Assembly: GCA_046538485.1 (NCBI GenBank)
Contig: JBKHIT010000005.1
Location: 64,001-128,000 of the forward strand
Source: Candidatus Brocadiia bacterium
Lineage (GTDB): Bacteria; Planctomycetota; Brocadiia; SM23-32
DNA: 64,000 bases
Direction of reading: 5' to 3'
Made by a program: the position numbers and the translations under genes. The notes beneath the pieces are model-generated. The model did no database searches, was not told the DNA's origin, and saw nothing but the letters and a program-made list of their open reading frames with translations. Shown here piece after piece: positions 57,825 through 64,000 of the stretch (positions within the stretch are counted from its first letter, which is position 1; every line of letters starts with the position of its first letter).

Positions 57825-59138
57825 ATGTGTGCGATGCCCGACGAGATGCTCGATGCCGCCCGCAGCTGTTGCGATGCTGCGGAAGTCTACGTGGAACGCG
57901 GCGAGACCCGTTCCATACGTTTTGAAAATAACAAACTGAAACGAATTACGGCCCGACAGTTCAATGGCGTCGGATTGCGGATTTTCAACGAAGGACGGAT
58001 CGGATTCGCTTCCACCACCGACCTTCGCGAACCCGACCGACTTGTGGAGATGGCCGTTGAAAGCGCGGAATTCGGCGATAAAGCGGTCTTTAAGTTGCCC
58101 GATCAACCGCCTGAAATCGCCGATGTCGATACCTGTGATAGCGAGATCAAAAACGTGGCCCCTCGTGATATGGTTGCACTGGGGAAGACGGCCATGGAAA
58201 AGAGCCGTCAGGCCAGCGACGAATACCTTTTCTCGGCGAATATCTCTACTAAAACTGCCACACAGCATATTCTCAATACTGGTGGCCTTGATGTCGAATT
58301 CGAAAAGTCCGACATGGCCGCCTCCGTGGAGATACAGGAAGTCAACGACAGCGGTATGCTCGAAACTTACGAATCCCGCTCCTGGGGCCAGCCGTTCACA
58401 AGTATCGAAGATATAACCGATACTGCTCTGGAGAAAATGGAGAAAGGAAAAGTAATCGCGCCCGCGAAATCCGAAGTTATGCCGATGATCTTTACACCGA
58501 AGTCGGCCGGCACTTTACTGTCGCCCATTATGACGGCACTTAACGGCAAACGGGTGCAGAAAGGTTCGTCGATCCTGGCGGGACGTTTGGATGAAAAAAT
58601 TGTCGACGAACGAATCGCGATTTTTGATGATCCAACGGTGCCATTTGGACCCAGCAGCGCGCCCATCGATGATGAAGGGCTGCCCGTGTCGCGACGCCCA
58701 CTCATCGAACAGGGGGTGCTTAAAAACTACTTGCTCGACCTGCAGACCGCTGCTTTGCTCGGGATGGAGTCGACCGCGAGCGGACATCGTTCGTACGGCA
58801 GCCGCCCGTCACCTTCATCCACCAATACTCTCGTTCTGGCCGGATCCACGCCGTATAAGGAGATGGTGGAAGGACTCGAACGCGGTGTCATCGTCGATCA
58901 GACGCTCGGTTCGGGACAGAGTAACACGCTGGCCGGGGAGTTCAGTGTCAACGTGGCGCTGGGTTTTCTGGTGGAAGACGGCGACATTCAGGGGCGGGTC
59001 AAAGACTGTATGGTGGCGGGGAATGTTTACAAACTTCTATCCCGGCTGGAAGCCCTTGGATCCGAACCCCAATGGATGGGATCCAATTGCGTCCCGGCGA
59101 TCTGCGTCGGCGGCATCAAGCTGGCGATACAGGATTAG
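57825..59138 (+). CDS. pmbA: PmbA/TldE family protein
   Basis: Follows tldD; DDEG, LIEQGVL and GEFS motifs; lacks HExxH. Confidence 0.88.
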   Translation: MCAMPDEMLDAARSCCDAAEVYVERGETRSIRFENNKLKRITARQFNGVGLRIFNEGRIGFASTTDLREPDRLVEMAVESAEFGDKAVFKLPDQPPEIADVDTCDSEIKNVAPRDMVALGKTAMEKSRQASDEYLFSANISTKTATQHILNTGGLDVEFEKSDMAASVEIQEVNDSGMLETYESRSWGQPFTSIEDITDTALEKMEKGKVIAPAKSEVMPMIFTPKSAGTLLSPIMTALNGKRVQKGSSILAGRLDEKIVDERIAIFDDPTVPFGPSSAPIDDEGLPVSRRPLIEQGVLKNYLLDLQTAALLGMESTASGHRSYGSRPSPSSTNTLVLAGSTPYKEMVEGLERGVIVDQTLGSGQSNTLAGEFSVNVALGFLVEDGDIQGRVKDCMVAGNVYKLLSRLEALGSEPQWMGSNCVPAICVGGIKLAIQD

Positions 59139-60756
59139 AATTTTCGTCGCTTCCGCCGACCGGCGCTTCTTTCGCCCAGCGTTTTGCCTCCGGGCCGTAA
59201 AGAGGAAGCGGCCGGTTGAGACGCCCGTTGCCCGCTCCACCGGGACTGAAGCGAGCATTATCCTTCACCGGCAGCGTTCTGTACTGTTCCGCCTGTCTTA
59301 ATCGCACGTGCAGTTCGGACATTTTTTCGAGCATCTGCCGGCGCGCTTCCGAATGTTTTTCATCCGAATACAGGTTGTGCTGCTCGTCAGGGTCTTCCAC
59401 AAGATTTATGAGTTGATTCGGGCTGTCTTCACCTTCAAAAACAGTCAGCCGCCAGCCGTCGTCGCTGATGATGCTCTCCATCGAGCCGAACGCGACCGAT
59501 ACGCAGTCCCATGGCTCCGGTTCGTTTTCACCGGCGGCGACTTTTTGAAAGGAACGGCCTTCCAACGGCGGGCGGATTTCCGGTTCGATTCCTGCCCAGT
59601 CACAGAAGGTGGGGAAGAAGTCCAAAGAACAGGTCAACCTGTTCGTGGACCCGTTCCCTGCGTCGGCCCCCGCTACGATAAGCGGACAGCGGATGCTGGT
59701 ATCATACGGTTTGACGCCTTTGGTGTTCAGCTCATGATCGCCCATCATGTCGCCGTGATCGGTGGTGAATACCAGGACGGTGTCGTCCCACAGGTTTTGT
59801 TTATCGAGGAAATTCACGATGCGGGCGATCTGGTCATTGATGAAGCGAATCGATCCATGATATTTCGCGCGCATTTCCCGGACGATTCGGGTGTTTTCCA
59901 CGATCTGGTCGAATCCCTGCCAGGTTTTGGCTTTTTCGAGCACCGCATTGCCTCGTTCCGTCCAGCTGGCCGGGATGGGATCGGGCATATCCTCGGCGTC
60001 GAACATCTCACCGTAGGGTTCCGGGGGATCGTAGGGGCAATGGGGATCGACGTAGGAAACGTGGCATAAAAACGGTTGATCCGGCCGTTCCTCCATGTGT
60101 CGACGCATGAAATCGAGCGAGAGATCGGTGATGTAGGTTGTCTGGTGGAGTTCGGCCGGCAGGGGGGAGGTGTAGAACATTCCCCAGTCGGAGGCCTGCC
60201 GCACCGGTTGCAGTATGCGTTGCCGGATTTCCTGCAGTTTCGGCTGACGCATCCGGTCATCGGCGTCTTCGGGAAGATGTCGAGGATTTCCCCAGGCCAT
60301 CGCCAGAGCGGTTTCGAAGTGTTCTGGATGTTCCCGGCGGATCCAATCGATGTAGGGGCCCCATTTCGGATCTTCAGTGATCACACTTTCATCGAATCCG
60401 AGGTATTCGTAATTTTCCGGGTGTTGCTGAGGCATTGGAGCCAGGTGAAATTTGCCGAACCCACCGACGTTGTAGCCGTGGTGTCCCAGAACGTGAGCGT
60501 ACGTCGGATTGTCCGCGGGCATGAGGTAGTTATTGCTGATGATTCCGTGGACCTGTGGGCTGCGGCCGGTGGCAAACGTGGCGCGGTTGGGCGCGCAGAC
60601 CGGACTGGTGGCGTAGCATCGATCGAACCGTATTCCTGAAGATGCCAATCGGTCGAGTGTGGGAGTCGAGTCGACTCCACTGCCATAACATCCGACAAAA
60701 CCGGCGGCGAGTTGATCGGCCATGATGAAGACGATGTTGCGTGGTGTATTGGGCAT
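59116..60756 (-). CDS. Formylglycine-dependent sulfatase (S1)
   Basis: IMADQL, CAPNRATFATGR, GKFH, PH.PYDPP and TTDHGDMMG motifs. Confidence 0.92.
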   Translation of the reverse strand: MPNTPRNIVFIMADQLAAGFVGCYGSGVDSTPTLDRLASSGIRFDRCYATSPVCAPNRATFATGRSPQVHGIISNNYLMPADNPTYAHVLGHHGYNVGGFGKFHLAPMPQQHPENYEYLGFDESVITEDPKWGPYIDWIRREHPEHFETALAMAWGNPRHLPEDADDRMRQPKLQEIRQRILQPVRQASDWGMFYTSPLPAELHQTTYITDLSLDFMRRHMEERPDQPFLCHVSYVDPHCPYDPPEPYGEMFDAEDMPDPIPASWTERGNAVLEKAKTWQGFDQIVENTRIVREMRAKYHGSIRFINDQIARIVNFLDKQNLWDDTVLVFTTDHGDMMGDHELNTKGVKPYDTSIRCPLIVAGADAGNGSTNRLTCSLDFFPTFCDWAGIEPEIRPPLEGRSFQKVAAGENEPEPWDCVSVAFGSMESIISDDGWRLTVFEGEDSPNQLINLVEDPDEQHNLYSDEKHSEARRQMLEKMSELHVRLRQAEQYRTLPVKDNARFSPGGAGNGRLNRPLPLYGPEAKRWAKEAPVGGSDENSNPVSPA

Positions 60757-60829
60757 GAAAACTCCTTCGGCGTCCGCGCCAGCCACAAATGCGCTCCGGC
60801 CAACGTTGCCGTATTTGCGAACCAGACCA

Positions 60830-62413
60830 CTAAGTCTGAGCCAGCATCTGCACCAGATCAAGCCCTCCGCTGCGAACGTCTTCCGGCGACGGAGTCCTGC
60901 CGGCGCGCATCAGTTCGGCGAAGGCGTCCATCTGCTGATCGCGCTCCCAGGCGAGTGCTGCTTTGACGCTATTCTCGCTGACGTAATACGCGATGAAATC
61001 GTGGTCTTCCATCGATCCGTCAACGACGATTTCATCCCAGTCGGTGGCGTGGCCGACATATCGAACGCTTTTGAAATACTGCATGGTCCAGAAGAATGGG
61101 ACGTCGCTGTAGATCTTTTGTTCACCGGCCATGTTTGCGCCGGCAATGCGGCCGGTTTGCAGCGCCACCCGCCAGTGTTCGATTCGGACCGGATCGCGTG
61201 TAACGGGGTTGGGGAAGCGGGCAACGTCTCCGGCCGCGTAAAGGTCGCCGCTGATACGCATGTTTTCGTCAACACCCACGCCGCCATCCTCATCGAGCTC
61301 GATTGTATCCAACCATTCGGTGGCCGGTTTGACGCCGATTCCGGTGATGACGAGGTCGGCCGGGATTTTTTCTTCATTGTCGAGCACGGCGGCGGAGACC
61401 GCATTTTGGCCCTCAAAATGGTCGACGGTGTGACCGAGGCGGAAGTCCACGCCTTTGTTCTCGTGCAGTTCCTGGAACAGTTTACCTGTTTCGGGTCCGA
61501 GTGTGTTTTCGAAGGGCACCGATTCCGGTGCCACTACCGTTACGTCCAGTTCGCGGCTGCTGAGAATAGCGGCGGTTTCCATTCCGATGAAACTGGCCCC
61601 GATAATCACCGCATTCTCCGAGTTTTCGATTGCCGCTCTAATCGCATCGGCGTCCGCGACATTCCGGAGCGTGAAAACGTTGTTTTTATCGCTTCCCGCA
61701 ATCGGTAACACGCGCGGTATGCTACCCGGCGCCAGCAGGCAGGCGTCGCACTGCATCTCCGTGCCGTCTTCCAGCGTGATGCCATGTCCTTCGGGATCAA
61801 CCTCGGCCACTCTCCGTCCTGTCTGTAATTCAATACCGTGTTCTTCGTAAAATTCCACGGAACGCAGTGCAGGGGGCTTGCTTTCAGTGCCTTTTTTCTT
61901 CAGGTAAAACTTGCTGAGTTCGGTTCGATCGTATGGGATATTTTTATCGGCATTCACGATCACGATTCGGCCGTGAAAAGCGTTCTGTCGGAGAGATTCA
62001 GCGGCTGCGCTTCCTGCTGCTCCCCCTCCGACAATCACAAACACCCGCTCATCGGCATCCGGGTCAAACTCAGCCATCGGCATGGGCCGTGAGATCGGCG
62101 GCTCTTCCGGCAACAGGACGATAACGTCCGAGCCTTCAATACGGACCTTGCATTTTGGCAGCCCGTCGAGAGACAGCGGTTCTTCCAGGGCGCCCGTCTT
62201 CCCGTTGAACCGTGCATGATGCCAGGGACAGCGGATATGGCCGTCGCAGATGGTTCCTTCGCTCAGGTCCCCTCCCACGTGCGGGCATTCTCCTCCCACG
62301 GCGTGAAATTTGCCGTCCAGTTTGAGCAGAAGAATTTTAGTTTCACCGAGTTCGACCAGTTTTGTCTCGCCATCCTGCAGCTCGTGCGTCGTTGCCACCT
62401 TGTGTTCCGGCAT
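60830..62413 (-). CDS. Rieske [2Fe-2S] domain fused to an FAD-dependent pyridine nucleotide-disulfide oxidoreductase (AIFM3-like)
   Basis: CPH...CPWH Rieske motifs, GGGAAG, GASFIG.E, YAAGDVA, RIEHW and VPFFWT.Q. Confidence 0.92.
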   Translation of the reverse strand: MPEHKVATTHELQDGETKLVELGETKILLLKLDGKFHAVGGECPHVGGDLSEGTICDGHIRCPWHHARFNGKTGALEEPLSLDGLPKCKVRIEGSDVIVLLPEEPPISRPMPMAEFDPDADERVFVIVGGGAAGSAAAESLRQNAFHGRIVIVNADKNIPYDRTELSKFYLKKKGTESKPPALRSVEFYEEHGIELQTGRRVAEVDPEGHGITLEDGTEMQCDACLLAPGSIPRVLPIAGSDKNNVFTLRNVADADAIRAAIENSENAVIIGASFIGMETAAILSSRELDVTVVAPESVPFENTLGPETGKLFQELHENKGVDFRLGHTVDHFEGQNAVSAAVLDNEEKIPADLVITGIGVKPATEWLDTIELDEDGGVGVDENMRISGDLYAAGDVARFPNPVTRDPVRIEHWRVALQTGRIAGANMAGEQKIYSDVPFFWTMQYFKSVRYVGHATDWDEIVVDGSMEDHDFIAYYVSENSVKAALAWERDQQMDAFAELMRAGRTPSPEDVRSGGLDLVQMLAQT

Positions 62414-62667
62414 TTCAACGCTCCTTTGAAGTTTATGGCGTTCGAAAGACCTTTCCCGGATACCAGAGAACCCGACAGTGGTGTTAAACATCGAATAAAC
62501 AGTAATATCGTGGCGGTGTCAAAAGGAGACAGTCTCTTTGCATCGCGATGTTGTGCACCGTATCCTGATTCAGTCGTTTGTGTTCATGCGGAGTGACGGA
62601 GCGTAGCATCGGACACCAACTATTTGATTTTTCGGAAGATTGGGGATTTGTAAAAAGGAGCAAACGG

Positions 62668-64000
62668 ATGCAGGAACATTCAATTTTCTGGGGCGAGAGC
62701 CACGATAATACGCATACTGCAGGCCCGCCACCGGGCGGAATGGAGAAGGTGCTGGAGACAGCAGCTTCGCACCTCGATTTCTATGCGGCCGCTTACTACA
62801 CATCCTGTAGCCCTGCTTTTCAGCCGGATGGACATCTCTCAGAAAGCAATGCGAAGCATGAACTGGTTCTTGAGCGATGGAAAGATCAAGATCTTCTGGA
62901 CCGCGAATGGGAGGAAGTCCAAGCAGCAACCCGGGATGCCAACAGCCCGGGCGAGTTCGTGACGTTCCCCGGTTACGAATGGCAGGGAGATGGGTCCGGC
63001 GGAGACCATAACGTCTTCGCGCCGGAAGAGGGACTGCCGATTTTCCATGTCGATACGTTGCCCGAACTCTATAAAAAACTTCAAGGCCGCGACGCAATTG
63101 CTATCCCGCATCACACAGCCTATCGACCGGGTTTGCGGGGACGTGATTGGTCGGTTTTTGACGAAGAACTCTCGCCGTTTTCGGAGATTTATTCGCTGCA
63201 CGGCTGTTCTGAAACGGACGAAGAGTGGATCGGGATGCGCCATAATTCGCACATGGGGCCGGGAGTTGGGGGCGGAACCTACCAGGAAGCACTGGATCGC
63301 GGTTACCGACTCGGCTGCATTTGTTCGACGGACAACTGGGGCGCCATGCCGGGTCATTACGGGCATGGCACTATGGCCTGCCTGGCTCCAGAACTGAGCC
63401 GTGAAGCTTTGTGGAATGCGTTTCTTCGCCGGCGCGTCTACGGCGTTACGGGAGATCGCATCGAGCTTGATTTCCGGATCAACGGGGCCGAGATGGGAGA
63501 CGTAATTACTGCCGATGGCGCGCGGGAAATTACCGTTGAAGCGGTTGGATGGGATGAGATCGACCGGATTGAGCTGTTACGTAACGGACGTGTCATCGCG
63601 ACGCACTGTCACCAGGGAACATGGCAGATGCCATCGCCCGGAGAGACAACGCATTTCCGGATGCGGGTGGAATGTGGTTGGGGCCCGCGACCTAATGAGC
63701 TCCAACTTCCAGAACATCATTGGGACGGAAAAGTTCGGGTCAAAGGTGGCCAGATGACCGAATGGCATCCCTGCTGGGTATCTCCGGGACAATCCAGACC
63801 GGTTCTGAATGGCCCCGAAGCTGCTTTTCAGATGATTAACGATTCGTCAACGGTTAACAAACGGTGGCAAAATTCAATTATCCTGGATTTTGAAGCGGCG
63901 GTGGATTCAGAGATTTCAATCGATTTGAACGGATTTTCTGATCAAGGTGCCGTGGGAGAGTGGGCTGAAGGCAGCCACGAATTGTGGTACCGGGATGACT
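62668..64000 (+). CDS. PHP-fold (CehA/McbA/DUF3604-like) metallohydrolase, 3'-truncated by the window end (absent from the ORF track)
   Basis: RBS AAGGAG; translated by hand as MQEHSIFWGESHDNTH...FVTFPGYEW...DHNV...IPHH...EIYSLHG.SE...STDN...RRVYGVTGDRI. Confidence 0.85.
   Translation, partial: MQEHSIFWGESHDNTHTAGPPPGGMEKVLETAASHLDFYAAAYYTSCSPAFQPDGHLSESNAKHELVLERWKDQDLLDREWEEVQAATRDANSPGEFVTFPGYEWQGDGSGGDHNVFAPEEGLPIFHVDTLPELYKKLQGRDAIAIPHHTAYRPGLRGRDWSVFDEELSPFSEIYSLHGCSETDEEWIGMRHNSHMGPGVGGGTYQEALDRGYRLGCICSTDNWGAMPGHYGHGTMACLAPELSREALWNAFLRRRVYGVTGDRIELDFRINGAEMGDVITADGAREITVEAVGWDEIDRIELLRNGRVIATHCHQGTWQMPSPGETTHFRMRVECGWGPRPNELQLPEHHWDGKVRVKGGQMTEWHPCWVSPGQSRPVLNGPEAAFQMINDSSTVNKRWQNSIILDFEAAVDSEISIDLNGFSDQGAVGEWAEGSHELWYRDD

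Overview
A gene-dense bacterial window, most likely from an uncultured PVC-superphylum (Planctomycetota-like) organism. This is an inference from a DUF1559-type prepilin protein, two sulfatase-fold proteins, a HEAT/prenyltransferase-repeat protein and DUF6067/DUF4091-like glycosidases. It holds about 45 CDS and one tRNA-Gly(GCC). Housekeeping genes include a DinG-type helicase, tmk, gpsA, tldD/pmbA, a hyi-like isomerase and an ACT + UPF0210 pair, mixed with secreted carbohydrate-active proteins and uncharacterised sugar-catabolism clusters. I saw no CRISPR array, rRNA, integrase or transposase. The features most worth a second look are: (i) a modular palindromic intergenic repeat family (at least 6 full or partial copies) plus several other REP-, RPE- and MITE-like palindrome families; (ii) a circularly permuted CBM32/discoidin domain inserted inside a secreted putative glycosidase; (iii) an aldolase-like/Thr-'sulfatase'/epimerase operon; (iv) a small-protein/nucleotidyltransferase pair between CAZymes next to tRNA-Gly; (v) a DinG with a dead exonuclease domain; and (vi) three reading-frame disruptions (two split genes and a ptb remnant). 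All family calls come from motif recognition by eye, not from database searches.
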